Below are positions 1 through 10,737 of a stretch of 64,000 nt of DNA, piece by piece (within the stretch, counting starts at the first letter, position 1; each line of letters begins with the position of its first letter). The translations under genes were made by a program, and so were the position numbers. The notes below the pieces were generated by a model that saw only the letters and a program-made list of their open reading frames with translations, was not told the origin of the DNA and did no database searches. The DNA lies in the NCBI GenBank assembly GCA_963745235.1, contig CAVUXE010000015.1, positions 64,001-128,000 on the forward strand, read 5' to 3'. This stretch comes from an uncultured Spirochaetota bacterium. GTDB taxonomy: Bacteria > Spirochaetota > Spirochaetia > SZUA-6 > Fen-1364.

Positions 1-977
1 GACGGGAGCTGGCCCTTCAGAGAGAAATCCGCGAGCCGCAGCGCCGTTTCTCCCATGCGCTCTTCCCGGGGAAAAAGCCTCCGCAGGGCCACTGCCAGCC
101 CAACGCCAGCCGTGGAGGAAAGCCATGGGCTTCCCGGCACCTCCCGCAGCCCGGCTACCCCCCCCTCCTCCACCAGGTGGGAGGAAAGGACGCCCTCCGC
201 TGCCCGCCGGAACGCGGCGAGCGCGGGAGAGGACTTCGACGCGCGCTTGGGGACGGGTCCCGCCGGAAGTCGCTTGAGAACCGCGGCGGGCGCAGTCAGA
301 AGGATTTCGCGCCGAGGTGAGAAGGCAAGAAACAGCTCGTGGGTCCTTTCGAGGCTTCCCGAGCATTCGATCACGGGATCCTCGGGCTGCGCGCGATGCT
401 CAGGCCGGGGCCCTGTTCTGGAGACCGGTTGTTCGACCCCGGGGAACCTCACCTCCACGTGCAGCCGCACAGGCTCATCGTCCCTCTCTGTCCTGCTGAC
501 ACCAATGCTCGCTGCGTCCTGGCCGCTTCGGGCGGACCGGGAGAAAATGGCGGCAGCGCTGTCTCCCAGGGTGACAATGAGGGCCGCGGGGTAGCTCGTC
601 CTCTCCCCAAGAAAGGAAACCGGGGAGGCGGGAAGACCGCGCTCGACGTGGACGCCGGGAAAAAAACACACGGGGTCATTCTGCGCATCGAACTCGAGAT
701 CCAGGAGGACCTTGACCGGGCCGGGAGTCATGACGTTCCAGCTCCGGCTGATGACTACTCCGCCCGCGTCCGCGGTGATCCTGTCTTTCACCAGTCCGAA
801 GAGGAAAAACGCCTTCACGTCCGCAGACGTCCTCGACCCCGAGCCTGTTGTCTCCAGGACAACGCTGGCAGGCTCACGGTCATGGCCATTCCAGGAAAAC
901 CGGTAGGGAAGGAAAAAGCTCACGCCGCTGTCCGTTACAACTCTGATGGTGCGCGAATCCAGCTGGGTGACGTTCAT
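1..977 (-). CDS. Hypothetical protein, 3'-truncated by the window edge
   Basis: Manual translation gives an open frame from ATG 977 (MNVTQLDSRTIRVVTDSG...LRLADFSLKGQLP) to the edge with no stop; AGGA upstream; divergent from radA. Absent from the ORF track because it has no stop. Confidence 0.7.
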   Translation of the reverse strand, partial: MNVTQLDSRTIRVVTDSGVSFFLPYRFSWNGHDREPASVVLETTGSGSRTSADVKAFFLFGLVKDRITADAGGVVISRSWNVMTPGPVKVLLDLEFDAQNDPVCFFPGVHVERGLPASPVSFLGERTSYPAALIVTLGDSAAAIFSRSARSGQDAASIGVSRTERDDEPVRLHVEVRFPGVEQPVSRTGPRPEHRAQPEDPVIECSGSLERTHELFLAFSPRREILLTAPAAVLKRLPAGPVPKRASKSSPALAAFRRAAEGVLSSHLVEEGGVAGLREVPGSPWLSSTAGVGLAVALRRLFPREERMGETALRLADFSLKGQLP

Positions 978-1021
978 GTCCGGGAGTTCCTGTCCCCTAT
1001 CATAGCCGGGCGGACTTCACG

Positions 1022-1050
1022 TTGACAACCCGGGAGCGGCCCCCTATCCT
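1022..1050 (+). promoter_or_regulatory. Sigma70-type promoter of radA (probably leaderless)
   Basis: TTGACA(1022-1027)-17 nt-TATCCT(1045-1050), 6 nt before ATG 1057; no SD. Confidence 0.7.
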
Positions 1051-1056
1051 CCCGAA

Positions 1057-2421
1057 ATGCGACCAAAGACGCTCTTCGAATGCACCCGCTGCGGCCACCA
1101 GGAGCCCAGGTGGCTCGGACGGTGCCCGTCCTGCGGCACGTGGAACAGCTTCTCCGAGGTCGCTCCTGCCGCCGCTCCCGCCCGACGGGGTCTCTCTGAT
1201 GGGAAGGGGCTCGCCATCCCCCTCTCCTCCATAGAGACGCGGGAGGGAATGCGGCTGGACACGGGAATCAAGGAGATGAACAGGGTCCTGGGCGGCGGGT
1301 TGATGCGCGGGTCCTCCGTCCTCATGGGTGGGGAGCCGGGGATCGGCAAATCCACCCTCATGCTCCAGCTCGCCGCGCGACTCGAGGTCCGCGGCCGGAG
1401 CCTTTACGTATCCGGGGAGGAGTCCCCGGGGCAGCTGCGCATGCGCGCGGACAGGATCCGCATCTCCTCGGAGCGCATCGAGGTGGTCTCGGAAACCGAG
1501 CTGACATCGATCATGCAGGTGCTGGAACAGGTCAAGCCGGTCCTCATCATCGTGGATTCCATCCAGACCCTCTACACGCGGGAGGTCAATGCTCTGCCGG
1601 GCACGGTCAACCAGATCAAGGTGTGCACGCAGGAGCTTGTGGACTGGGCGCGCTCCCGAGGGGCGGCCGTCTTCCTGGTTGCGCACGTGACGAAGGAAGG
1701 AGCGATTGCCGGACCGAAGCTGATCGAGCACCTCGTGGATACCGTCGTGTCGTTCGAGCAGGCAAGCGCTGAAATCAGGACGCTGCAGGCGGTCAAAAAC
1801 AGGTTCGGGTCCGTGGACGAGATCGGCTTCTTTCGCATGACGGAGAATGGCCTGGAGGAGGTGGATGACGCGACCAGCCTTTTCCTCACCCGGCGGGAGG
1901 GAGGTAATCCGCCCGGCGTGGCCGTGGCTCCCGTCTTCGAGGGCTCTCGCGTGCTCCTGGTGGAGATCCAGAGCCTGACCGTTCCCGCGAAAAGCGGGAT
2001 CAGCAGGATCTACTCCGACAGGATTGACGCCGGGCGGGTGGCGCGCATGGCTGCTGTCCTTGAAAAGCACCTGGGTCTCCACCTCGCGGAGCACGACATC
2101 TACGTCAACGTTGCCGGCGGCATCCGTATTGCGGAGGTGGGCGTCGAGCTTCCCCTTGCCCTTGCCCTGTATTCCGCTCGAACCGGGTCTGCCCTCCCGG
2201 CCGCCACCGCCGTCACGGGAGAGGTGAGCCTCACCGGAGAGGTCCGCCCGGTGCCCGGCATCGAAAAACGCGCCCGCGCGTGCCGCGACATGGGGTTCCA
2301 TACCCTCATCGGCCCCGGAGGAACCGGCGCGGACAGGCCAGAGACGGGTGCTTTCAGCCCGGTGGAAATGGCGCGCGATGCGGTTCGAATCGCCTTCGCT
2401 CCCCAGGCGACCAGTGCCTGA
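1057..2421 (+). CDS. radA: DNA repair protein RadA/Sms
   Basis: C4 zinc finger CTRC...CPSC, Walker A GEPGIGKST, KNRFG motif, Lon-like C-terminus. Confidence 0.97.
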   Translation: MRPKTLFECTRCGHQEPRWLGRCPSCGTWNSFSEVAPAAAPARRGLSDGKGLAIPLSSIETREGMRLDTGIKEMNRVLGGGLMRGSSVLMGGEPGIGKSTLMLQLAARLEVRGRSLYVSGEESPGQLRMRADRIRISSERIEVVSETELTSIMQVLEQVKPVLIIVDSIQTLYTREVNALPGTVNQIKVCTQELVDWARSRGAAVFLVAHVTKEGAIAGPKLIEHLVDTVVSFEQASAEIRTLQAVKNRFGSVDEIGFFRMTENGLEEVDDATSLFLTRREGGNPPGVAVAPVFEGSRVLLVEIQSLTVPAKSGISRIYSDRIDAGRVARMAAVLEKHLGLHLAEHDIYVNVAGGIRIAEVGVELPLALALYSARTGSALPAATAVTGEVSLTGEVRPVPGIEKRARACRDMGFHTLIGPGGTGADRPETGAFSPVEMARDAVRIAFAPQATSA

Positions 2422-2442
2422 GCGAAGGTTTCGGGGCCCGCC

Positions 2443-4128
2443 CTACAAAACCTGCATCCGGATGGCGTCGCCATCCTGCGCAAGCAGCTTCTCGAACTCG
2501 GGAGCGGGAACCGGCGGGCTGAAGAGGTAGCCCTGCATCATGTCACAGGGCAGGCTTCGCGTCAGGCCGGCCTGGGCCGGAGAGGAAACCCCTTCCACGA
2601 TCACCATTTTCCTTCGAACCTTGATGATTTCAACGAGGGAGCGAATGAACTGCCGCTCCTCTTCCTGGTTGTCCACGTGCTGGATGAAGGACTTGTCGAT
2701 CTTCAGGGTGGTGGCGGGCAGCTCCTTCAGGTAGCTCAGGGACGAATGACCCGTGCCGAAATCATCGATGAACACCTCCAGGCCGATCTTCCGAAGGTCC
2801 TCCATGCGGTTGATGGTGGCCTCGGGATCCACCATGCTCTCTGTCTCTGTTATCTCGAGCCTGATCCGGTCAGAGGGCAGATCTCCGGCACGCTTCATTG
2901 CCGTGGCAAGGTTGTCCACCAGGTGCGGGCCGCGGAACTCGCTGGCTGACAGGTTGACCGACACGAACATGTCGCGCACGTCCATCCAGCGCTTCGCCTG
3001 CTCGCACGCGTTGAAGACCACCCATCGTCCGATCTTGTCGATCTGGCCGGAGCGCGTGGCGAGAGGGATGAACTCCATGGGCATCAGGACACCGAGTGTC
3101 GGGTGGCGCCAGCGGACCAGCGCTTCCGCCCCGACAATGCGCCCGACCCGGGTGACCATGGGCTGGTACTCCAGGAAAAGCTCGCTGCCGCGGAACGCGT
3201 TCAAGAGCTCCCCCTGGAGCCGCAGCTGCTTGTTGGCGGCTTCATGGAGCTTCGTGTCGAAGATCATGAACGGCTCACTGCGTTTGCGGGCCTCCGTCAT
3301 GGCCGTGAAGGCGTTGCGCGTCACAGCCCCCGCGTCGTCACCATCGTCGGGGTACAAAGAGATCCCCATGGTGCAGGTCAGAGTGATGTCCATCCCGTGG
3401 AAGCGATACGGAGTGGTCACCTCGGTGTGAATGGCATTCGCCAGGGAGGCAAGGGCCGTCCTGTCGGGGATGTCAGTCAGGACCGCGGCAAGCTCGTTGC
3501 CGTCGAACCGAAAGGCGTAATCACTCGGCCGGAGGGCCTTTCGGAATCTGAGCCCCGTGTTCTCCAGGAGAAGGTCCGATATCTCGTAGCCGTGGAGCTG
3601 GGTCACCGCGTCCATGTCGTGCAGGCCCATGATCAGCACCGCCCGGGGCTGCGCGCGCTCGGACAGCTTTGCCTTTTCGATCTCTTTTTCCAGGATCACG
3701 CCGAGTGAGCGCCGGTTGAACAGACCCGTCACAGGGTCACGGTATTCGTAGTTCGTCAGCTTGGATTCGATCTCCCCGATATGGGTGATGTCATGGGAGA
3801 AAACCAGGGCATGCGACACGCCGCCGTCCTCCCTGTAGGGGAAATAGGTCACGTGCATGTACTTCATGAACGGGCCGAACTTGAACTTGTCGATGTTGTT
3901 GACTTCCTCACCGGCGAAGCAGCGGTCCAGGAAGCCCTTGATGGGGGCTCTGAACTTCTCTTGCCCCCACACCTGCGAAACCGTCCGCCCGATGATTTCG
4001 GCGCGTGGCTTCTGCACCTCCCGGCAGTACGAGTCGTTCGCAAGGACATAGCGGTAGCCCCGGTCAATGAGAGTAATGGAGTCGTTGGACAGATTTACAA
4101 TGTTTTCGTAGACGCTCGCCTTTTCCAT
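2443..4128 (-). CDS. PAS-GGDEF(degenerate)-EAL protein, probable c-di-GMP phosphodiesterase
   Basis: PAS-like N-terminus, DPVTGLFNRR, GGDEF position reads DGNEL, intact EALVRW and DDFGTGHSSL. Confidence 0.9.
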   Translation of the reverse strand: MEKASVYENIVNLSNDSITLIDRGYRYVLANDSYCREVQKPRAEIIGRTVSQVWGQEKFRAPIKGFLDRCFAGEEVNNIDKFKFGPFMKYMHVTYFPYREDGGVSHALVFSHDITHIGEIESKLTNYEYRDPVTGLFNRRSLGVILEKEIEKAKLSERAQPRAVLIMGLHDMDAVTQLHGYEISDLLLENTGLRFRKALRPSDYAFRFDGNELAAVLTDIPDRTALASLANAIHTEVTTPYRFHGMDITLTCTMGISLYPDDGDDAGAVTRNAFTAMTEARKRSEPFMIFDTKLHEAANKQLRLQGELLNAFRGSELFLEYQPMVTRVGRIVGAEALVRWRHPTLGVLMPMEFIPLATRSGQIDKIGRWVVFNACEQAKRWMDVRDMFVSVNLSASEFRGPHLVDNLATAMKRAGDLPSDRIRLEITETESMVDPEATINRMEDLRKIGLEVFIDDFGTGHSSLSYLKELPATTLKIDKSFIQHVDNQEEERQFIRSLVEIIKVRRKMVIVEGVSSPAQAGLTRSLPCDMMQGYLFSPPVPAPEFEKLLAQDGDAIRMQVL

Positions 4129-4255
4129 CCCGACATACCCCTAAGTCACCTTCCCTAATATAACCGGCAGGGAAGCCAGTTTTCAACAAAAACGCCATAC
4201 TGGAGATATTTGCGTCCCCGGCGAAACGTCCCGGATTTTTGTGTATGTTAGGGGC

Positions 4256-5167
4256 ATGATCTACAGAGCTCTCGGTTCGACCGGACTCAAGGTGTCGGTG
4301 GTGGGGATTGGGACATGGCAGCTCGGCGGCGAATGGGGAAAGGCTTTCACGGAGACAGAAGTCGGCGCACTATTCGAGGCTGCGCGGCAGAACGGGATCA
4401 CCCTGATCGACACCGCCGAGTGTTACGGGGACCATCTCTCTGAGAAGCTCGTGGGCCTGGCCATCAAGGCAGACCGTTCGCGCTGGGTCCTTGCCACAAA
4501 GTTCGGCCATCGCTACACGACGCCTTTCGAGCGTGAACAGCTCTGGAGCGCCGCGGATGTGCAAAAGCAGCTCGAGGGGTCCCTGTCGGCGCTTGGAACG
4601 GACGCGATAGACCTCTATCAGTTCCACTCAGGGACCAGACAGGCGTTCGACAATGACGAGCTGTGGACCATGCTGGGCAGGCAGAAAGACGCCGGGAAAG
4701 TCCGCCACCTGGGCATTTCGATATCGAGCTCGATGGGGCATGAGGACCAGGCCTACCAGGCGAGACGCGCGCGGGAGGTGGGGGCGGAAAGTCTCCAGGT
4801 GGTGTACAACCGGCTCGAGCGATGGCCGGAAGAGGCCATCTTTCCAATCTGCGGGGACGGCAACCTCGGCGTCCTGGCCCGCGTGCCTCTTGCAAGCGGG
4901 TTTCTCAGCGGCAAGTACAGGAAGGGCATTACGTTCGGCCCGGATGACTTCCGGTCCCGCAAGACCCCTCAGGAGCTGGACGCCATGGCCGCTGATGCAA
5001 TGAAAGTCAGGGCGGAAGAAGTGCCGGCGGGAGTGCCCATGGCGGCTTGGGCCTTGTCATGGTGTCTGAGGAATCCGATGGTCACCGCGGTCATTCCCGG
5101 CTGCAAGAACGCCGAGCAGGTCTCAGAGAACGCGAAGGCGGTGGAGCTGCTGAAGGTGCAGGCGTGA
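4256..5167 (+). CDS. Aldo/keto reductase
   Basis: GIGTWQLGG, IDTAECYG, LATKFG, DLYQFH, VIPG motifs; ATG 4256 lies 6 nt after TATGTT. Confidence 0.93.
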   Translation: MIYRALGSTGLKVSVVGIGTWQLGGEWGKAFTETEVGALFEAARQNGITLIDTAECYGDHLSEKLVGLAIKADRSRWVLATKFGHRYTTPFEREQLWSAADVQKQLEGSLSALGTDAIDLYQFHSGTRQAFDNDELWTMLGRQKDAGKVRHLGISISSSMGHEDQAYQARRAREVGAESLQVVYNRLERWPEEAIFPICGDGNLGVLARVPLASGFLSGKYRKGITFGPDDFRSRKTPQELDAMAADAMKVRAEEVPAGVPMAAWALSWCLRNPMVTAVIPGCKNAEQVSENAKAVELLKVQA

Positions 5168-5170
5168 GAA

Positions 5171-5200
5171 GAGAGCCCGCTGGGGTCAGCGGGCGCTCTC
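5171..5200. terminator. Hairpin between convergent genes
   Basis: GAGAGCCCGCTG-GGGT-CAGCGGGCGCTCTC, imperfect inverted repeat. Confidence 0.55.
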
Positions 5201-5206
5201 GAAGCT

Positions 5207-5920
5207 CTAGAAGACGTTGTACTTGATGCCGATCGTTGCCGTGACGGACCAGAACGTGTCCGAGTAAGGGTAGGCGCCAGGAGCGCCGGTCGGATCGGTA
5301 GCCTGTATATTCGTCAATCCCATGTCGAACTGGACCGCCGGGGAAAGCGAGAAATTGCCGCCCAACGCGATATCCACGCCGCCGGTGAAGTGAAGGCCGT
5401 ACTCCCCGACGATAGTATTGCTTGAATCCAGCGTTATGGAAGTTGGGAATCCGTAGGGGTTCGAATTGTAGCTGGCAGACGATGAGCCGCCCACGAAATG
5501 CCCGATGAAAGCTCCCGCGCGCAAGGTCAGGGCAAGGGACTGCGCGAGAGGGATTCTGCCCACGACGGAGATCGGAAATTGCAGATAGTTGTAGGTGTTG
5601 TCAGTCGTCTGGGTGATCCCAGGGCCAACCATGGCGCTTTCGAAATTGTTCAGCACCCCATGGTTGTTGAGCGAGTCATATTCAGCGCCCACTGAGACTC
5701 CAAGATCCACTGGCCCGACGGTCACGAGAAAAACGTCGACGCCAATGCCGCCGGCAAATGCCGCTCGCGGACTGCCTGTTTCGTTCGGGTTGGAAGTCGA
5801 TCCGAGAGCCAGCCCTCCTGCGCCTTTCGCCTCGATATCCAGGCTGACGGCACCCGCAACGAAAGGCATGGCAAGTGCAAGACAAGCTGCCAGAACAAGA
5901 GCGAGCCAGAAACTTCGCAT
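5207..5920 (-). CDS. Outer-membrane beta-barrel (porin/OmpA-like) protein
   Basis: Signal peptide, alternating amphipathic strands, C-terminal IGIKYNVF; GGAGG SD. Confidence 0.75.
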   Translation of the reverse strand: MRSFWLALVLAACLALAMPFVAGAVSLDIEAKGAGGLALGSTSNPNETGSPRAAFAGGIGVDVFLVTVGPVDLGVSVGAEYDSLNNHGVLNNFESAMVGPGITQTTDNTYNYLQFPISVVGRIPLAQSLALTLRAGAFIGHFVGGSSSASYNSNPYGFPTSITLDSSNTIVGEYGLHFTGGVDIALGGNFSLSPAVQFDMGLTNIQATDPTGAPGAYPYSDTFWSVTATIGIKYNVF

Positions 5921-5955
5921 TTTCCACCTCCACGTTGAAGTACATAGACGCCCAA

Positions 5956-6013
5956 TGCATAGGTTCGCTATGCAAAGACAGCCTATACTAAGGGGAGGCG
6001 GTCAACTTGTCAA
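5956..6013 (-). promoter_or_regulatory. Promoter of the beta-barrel gene with a palindrome in the leader
   Basis: TTGACA(6013-6008)-17-TAGTAT(5990-5985); TGCATAG-N5-CTATGCA at 5956-5974. Confidence 0.6.
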
Positions 6014-6029
6014 TTCAAACCTTTTGCGA

Positions 6030-7535
6030 TCAGACTCCGCGCGCCAGGTGGTAGTAGGCGGAGCTCCACCTCAACTCTTTCTTGAAGTCCGGTATTGTCG
6101 TTTCCTTCCCGATCAGGAGGAACTCCATCCCCGCCATCTCCGCGAAATCTTCCAGGTGCTCAGCGGTCACCGAGTGGCTGAACCCGGTGTGATGCGCGCC
6201 GCCCGCCAGGATCCAGGCTGCGGCCGCCACTTTCAGGTTCGGCCGCGGCACCCACAGCGCCCTGGCCACGGGGAGCTTGGGCAGGGGCTCGAGGGGTGCA
6301 ACCACGTCCACCTCGTTCACGATCATGCGGAACCTGTCCCCCATGTCGATGATGGTGGCGTTGACTGCGGGGCCCGTCTTCGCTGTGAACACGAGTCGGG
6401 CGGGATCTTCCTTGCCGCCGATGGATAACTGGTGCATCTCCAGGGACGGCTTGCCGTCGGAGATGGATTCGCACACCTCCAGCATGTGCGCTCCCAGGAC
6501 CTTCATGCCGCTGGGGTCGAAGTGGTAGGTATAGTCCTCCATGAACGAAGTGCCCCCCGGCAGGCCGCAAGCCATCACCTTCATGGATCGGACCAGGGCC
6601 GCTGTCTTCCAGTCTCCCTCTCCGCCGAATCCATAGCCGTCCGCCATCAGCCTCTGCACCGCGATGCCGGGCAGCTGCGGGAGGCCGTGGAGGTCCTGGA
6701 AGTTCGTCGTGAAAGCGTTGAAGCCCCCATCCTCGAGGAACCCGCGCATGCCCAGCTCAATCCGCGCCGATTCCCGAAGAGCCTGCCGCCTTGCCCCGCC
6801 CTGCTTGAGGTCCTTGGAGACCGTGTAGCGCTGTTCGTACTCGGAGAGGAGCCTGTCCGTCTGTGTATCCGTGACGGCCTTCACCCGCTCAACGAGGTCC
6901 CCGACGCCGAAGCCGTTCACCGAGTACCCCAGGCGCATCTGCGCCTCCACCTTGTCTCCCTCCGTCACGGCCACCTCGCGCATGTTGTCCCCGAAGCGCG
7001 CCACCTTGAGGCCCTGTGCATCATGCCAGGCGGCAGCGGCCCTCATCCAGACTGCCAGCTCCGACTGGACCTGCTCGTCACGCCAGTGTCCCACAACCAC
7101 CTTGCGCGCAATCCGCATCCTGCTGCCGATGAACCCGAACTCCCGGTCCCCGTGGGCGGACTGGTTGGTGTTCATGAAGTTCATGTCGATTGTCGACCAG
7201 GGGATGTCCCTGTTGAACTGCGTGTGGAGGTGAACGAACGGCTTCTGCAGGGCCGCCAGCCCGGCAATCCACATCTTGGCGGGAGAGAAGGTATGCATCC
7301 AGGTGATGACGCCGACGCAGGCGGGGGAAGAGCTCGCTTCCCGGCACAGGCGAAGGATAGCATCAGAGTCGGTGGAGACCGGCTTGAAAACGACGGTCAG
7401 CGGGATGGACGGTGAGCCGGACAAGGACCGCGCAATCTCCTGCGAATGCTGCGCCACGGTGTCCAGCACTTCCTTGCCATACAGGACCTGGCTTCCCGTG
7501 ACAAACCATGCTTCGAGCTTCTTCAGATCGATCAT
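6030..7535 (-). CDS. araA: L-arabinose isomerase
   Basis: WFVTGSQxLYG, [42 protein letters not shown]; own promoter TTGCGC-17-TATACT (7594-7566) and GGGAGG SD. Confidence 0.96.
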   Translation of the reverse strand: MIDLKKLEAWFVTGSQVLYGKEVLDTVAQHSQEIARSLSGSPSIPLTVVFKPVSTDSDAILRLCREASSSPACVGVITWMHTFSPAKMWIAGLAALQKPFVHLHTQFNRDIPWSTIDMNFMNTNQSAHGDREFGFIGSRMRIARKVVVGHWRDEQVQSELAVWMRAAAAWHDAQGLKVARFGDNMREVAVTEGDKVEAQMRLGYSVNGFGVGDLVERVKAVTDTQTDRLLSEYEQRYTVSKDLKQGGARRQALRESARIELGMRGFLEDGGFNAFTTNFQDLHGLPQLPGIAVQRLMADGYGFGGEGDWKTAALVRSMKVMACGLPGGTSFMEDYTYHFDPSGMKVLGAHMLEVCESISDGKPSLEMHQLSIGGKEDPARLVFTAKTGPAVNATIIDMGDRFRMIVNEVDVVAPLEPLPKLPVARALWVPRPNLKVAAAAWILAGGAHHTGFSHSVTAEHLEDFAEMAGMEFLLIGKETTIPDFKKELRWSSAYYHLARGV

Positions 7536-7602
7536 CCCATGCCTCCCACAAAGCAATGTGCGTCGAGTATAGCGGCGGCAGGCCCGCGGCGCAATCATGA
7601 GG

Positions 7603-8517
7603 CTAGTCCGGGAACTCCTCTCGCAGGGCGGCAAGGGATTCCTCGAGCTGGCCGCGCAACAGCCCGTCTGTGTACTCACGGCCGAGCTTGGGGCCCGGAA
7701 GCTCCAGGTACCCGGTGATGTCGTCCGTGGGAAACCGCTTCGCGTTCTTTTCCAGAAGCATCCTGAGCTTCCTGATATCCACGATGCCCCGGGCCCGTTC
7801 CTCGGCCCCGAAGCCGAAGGTGGAGTTGAATATTGCATCGGTGTTCTTGAAATGGAACTCCCACATCCAGGGGATCTCCCGCTCGAACATCTCCCAGTTG
7901 TCGTGAAGCACTCTCTTCCTCTCGTCGGCAACGCCGTGGGAGATGTCAGCGCAGAGGTACAGCGGGACTGTCCCACCCGGCTCCGCAGCATGCGCCGAGT
8001 CGAAGACCGATGTCATTTCCTGGAGCTGCTCCGGCGTCGAGGGGTACTCCCACGTCGAAGACATCGGCTCCACGGTGATGGTGCGAAGCCCCTCGCGCCG
8101 CGCAAATCGCATGAGGTCTTTCATGTGGCTGAAGAAGCACCGCAGGCCCTCATCCCGGAGCGCCGGCTGATCACGCATGACGATGCCCGCGCTGGAGCCG
8201 GCGCTGTCTGCGCCCAGGAGCGACGCCACGTGAATGAGCCGCTCCCACCCCCAGCGCGCGGTGGCCTCCAGGGCGGGGTCCCCGCTGGCCCAGCTTCCCA
8301 TCTCCCGGTGGGAGGTGAAGACGCTGGCAATCCCTATCCCCCGTTTCTCCGCCGCGGCGCGAAGCCGCTTGAAGTAGCCCTCCTCCGCCGTGAAGGTCGG
8401 GAAGGAGCTTCCCATCTGGAGCCGGCTCACGTGGAAATCCGCCATGATTCCAAACAGCCAGTCGAAGGTATAGCGGTTCTCGATGGGGTCGCTTTTCACG
8501 CCGAGGTGGACTGTCAT
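7603..8517 (-). CDS. Sugar-phosphate isomerase/epimerase (xylose-isomerase-like TIM barrel)
   Basis: Metal-ligand pattern VEPMS...CADISH...EFHFKNTD...YLE; start [11 protein letters not shown] overlaps the upstream stop. Confidence 0.75.
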   Translation of the reverse strand: MTVHLGVKSDPIENRYTFDWLFGIMADFHVSRLQMGSSFPTFTAEEGYFKRLRAAAEKRGIGIASVFTSHREMGSWASGDPALEATARWGWERLIHVASLLGADSAGSSAGIVMRDQPALRDEGLRCFFSHMKDLMRFARREGLRTITVEPMSSTWEYPSTPEQLQEMTSVFDSAHAAEPGGTVPLYLCADISHGVADERKRVLHDNWEMFEREIPWMWEFHFKNTDAIFNSTFGFGAEERARGIVDIRKLRMLLEKNAKRFPTDDITGYLELPGPKLGREYTDGLLRGQLEESLAALREEFPD

Positions 8518-9548
8518 GGCGCGAACACCACCTTGTTGAAGGATTCGGTCCGTCCCACGACCCGGCGGAAAACATCCGCTCCGTCCGCGAGCCTCGGAGT
8601 GTGACTGATGAGTCGCGCAACCTCCATGGTGCGCCCCAGGGCGGAGAGGACGGTGGTCCACTCGTTCCTGCCTTCGGGAACCACGCGGGAGTTCCACGTG
8701 CCCCTGATGACAAGCTCGCGCCGCAGGATCGAGGAGAAGTCCTTCTCCCCTATCTGGAAGCTCCCCCGAATGTTTCCCAGAAAGACCACCTCGCCGAACC
8801 TGGCCGCGGCCATGACCGCCTGGAGGAAGGTCTGGGGCAATCCAATCGCTTCGACAATCCTGTCCGCGCCGTACCCGTCGGTCATCGAAAGTATCTGGGC
8901 AACCGGGTCGCCCTTTCTCGAGTCTACCGGTGTGAAGCCCATCGCGGAAGCGAGGGACAACTTCTGTTCGTCGATGTCGACGAGGAACACACGGGAGCAG
9001 CCCCGCATGCGCATCCACTGGGCAGCCATGTTCCCGATCGGGCCGGCGCCGAACACTGCCCCCGTGTCCCCCGCGCGAATGGAGAGCTTGCCAACACCGT
9101 GCAGCGCAACCGCGCAGGGCTCCGTCATGGCGGCGTCCCGCATCTCCACCCCTTCGGGGACCGGCAGAAGGTTGGCGTCCGGCGCCCACACCTTCTCTGC
9201 GAACGCCCCGTCCCTGCGGGAGCCCAGGTAGTCGTAGTCCATGCACTGCGCGTAGTCGCCTGTCTGGCAGGGAACGCACCGGCGGCATGGGATGAGGGGG
9301 AAAACGATCACTTGCGCGTCGCGGGGGAACTTCCCGCCTTCCGCGGGCTCTTCGACAACTCCCGAGAACTCGTGCCCCATGATCAGCGGGTAATGGTAGG
9401 AAGCGCCTTCAAAGCCGCGGTGGATGTCGGAGTTGCAGATGCCGGAGAATGAGACGCGTATCAAGGCCCATCCGGGGCCAGGCCGGGCCGGGTCCGCCAC
9501 CTCTCTGTACTCAAGTGTCTTGTCTCGCACCAGGACCAGCGCTTTCAT
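8514..9548 (-). CDS. Zn-dependent polyol(-phosphate) dehydrogenase, galactitol-1-P 5-dehydrogenase-like
   Basis: GICNSD, GHEFSG, four structural Cys, GSRRDGAFAE, GAGPIG. Confidence 0.88.
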   Translation of the reverse strand: MKALVLVRDKTLEYREVADPARPGPGWALIRVSFSGICNSDIHRGFEGASYHYPLIMGHEFSGVVEEPAEGGKFPRDAQVIVFPLIPCRRCVPCQTGDYAQCMDYDYLGSRRDGAFAEKVWAPDANLLPVPEGVEMRDAAMTEPCAVALHGVGKLSIRAGDTGAVFGAGPIGNMAAQWMRMRGCSRVFLVDIDEQKLSLASAMGFTPVDSRKGDPVAQILSMTDGYGADRIVEAIGLPQTFLQAVMAAARFGEVVFLGNIRGSFQIGEKDFSSILRRELVIRGTWNSRVVPEGRNEWTTVLSALGRTMEVARLISHTPRLADGADVFRRVVGRTESFNKVVFAP

Positions 9549-9555
9549 GGACGCC

Positions 9556-9653
9556 ACCGTATACGACATGTTTGCATCGTTCAAGTGGTCCATGATCGAA
9601 TTTGTCCAATGATGATTGAAGTTGCTTGTAAAATGCTTCTCAATGAGTATAAT
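9556..9653. promoter_or_regulatory. Divergent promoters with a direct-repeat operator candidate
   Basis: Minus: TTGAAC-17-TACGGT-7-ATG. Plus: TTGTAA-16-TATAAT(9648-9653). Direct repeats ATGATCGAATTTG (9592) and ATGATTGAAGTTG (9612). Confidence 0.55.
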
Positions 9654-9675
9654 CGCGCGTTCAGGGGGTCCCCAT

Positions 9676-10737
9676 ATGAAAGCTGCCGTTCTGGAAGCCT
9701 TGGAAAAGGTTGTAGTCAAGGATGTCCGCGAACATGAGTGCGGGGAGAATGAGGCGGTGCTCAAAGTCAATGCCTGCGCGGTGTGCGGGTCAGACATCCG
9801 CATCTTCCACTACGGCAATGAAAGGGTGAAGCCGCCCACGGTCATCGGCCACGAGATAGCAGGAGTCGTCGTCCGTGTGGGCAGGCAGGTCACGAATCTC
9901 AAAGAAGGAGACCGCATTGCACTTGGCGCTGATGTCCCCTGCGGGACCTGCTACTGGTGCACGAACGGGATGGGGACCAACTGCCGAATCAACTATGCCA
10001 TCGGCTACCAGTTTCCCGGCGGTTTCCAGGAACAGATGGTGCTCAATGAGACCACGCTCAAGTTCGGCCCGGTCACGCCTGTCCCCGCGGGCGTGAGCTT
10101 CGCGGAAGCCGCCATTGCGGAGCCCCTGGCGTGCGCCGTGAACGGGCTGGAGCTGGCCCAGTTCGGGTTGGGAAAGAGCATCTGCATCATCGGGTTGGGT
10201 CCTATCGGGTGCATGATGCTCGAGCTGTCGAAGGTGTTCGGAGCTTCCCGCGTATTTGCGGCGCAACGCTCGCGGGCGAGGATGGAAATGGCGCGCCAGT
10301 TTCTCCCTGCAGCCCGGTTCATCGCCACCGAGGAAGAAGACCTCGTGGAGGTCGTCATGCGGGAAACCGACGGCGAGGGAGTGGACCTTGCCATCACGAC
10401 AGCCGGGACCGTCCAGGCGCATGCGGATGCAATCCGCATGGTGCGGCATCGGGGCTTCGTGAATCTCTTCGGGGGATTGAAAAACCAGCCGCAGCTCGCC
10501 CTTGACTCCAACCTCATCCACTACAAGGAATGCTTCGTGATGGGAAGCCACGGCTCGCTGCCGCGGCACCATCGTACCGCCGTGCAGCTGATCTCCGCCG
10601 GCACCGTCCAGGCGAAGAAGTACATCTCCCGCGTTTTCCCGCTGGCCGAGACGCGGGAGGCATTCGCGTACCACGAATCGCGCGCCGGATTGAAGGTGGT
10701 GGTTGCGCCCGGCGGTGAAAAGGCGGCGTGGTCATGA
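9676..10737 (+). CDS. Zn-dependent sugar-alcohol dehydrogenase (L-iditol 2-dehydrogenase-like)
   Basis: CGSD, GHE, CGTCYWC...C, GLGPIG. Confidence 0.88.
   Translation: MKAAVLEALEKVVVKDVREHECGENEAVLKVNACAVCGSDIRIFHYGNERVKPPTVIGHEIAGVVVRVGRQVTNLKEGDRIALGADVPCGTCYWCTNGMGTNCRINYAIGYQFPGGFQEQMVLNETTLKFGPVTPVPAGVSFAEAAIAEPLACAVNGLELAQFGLGKSICIIGLGPIGCMMLELSKVFGASRVFAAQRSRARMEMARQFLPAARFIATEEEDLVEVVMRETDGEGVDLAITTAGTVQAHADAIRMVRHRGFVNLFGGLKNQPQLALDSNLIHYKECFVMGSHGSLPRHHRTAVQLISAGTVQAKKYISRVFPLAETREAFAYHESRAGLKVVVAPGGEKAAWS

Noticed and set aside
7536-7991. N-terminal extension of araA in the ORF track (similarly add from 48135, manC to 56792, uxaE from 22517, qor to 51043)
   Set aside because: They overlap real neighbouring genes; internal starts match the family N-termini
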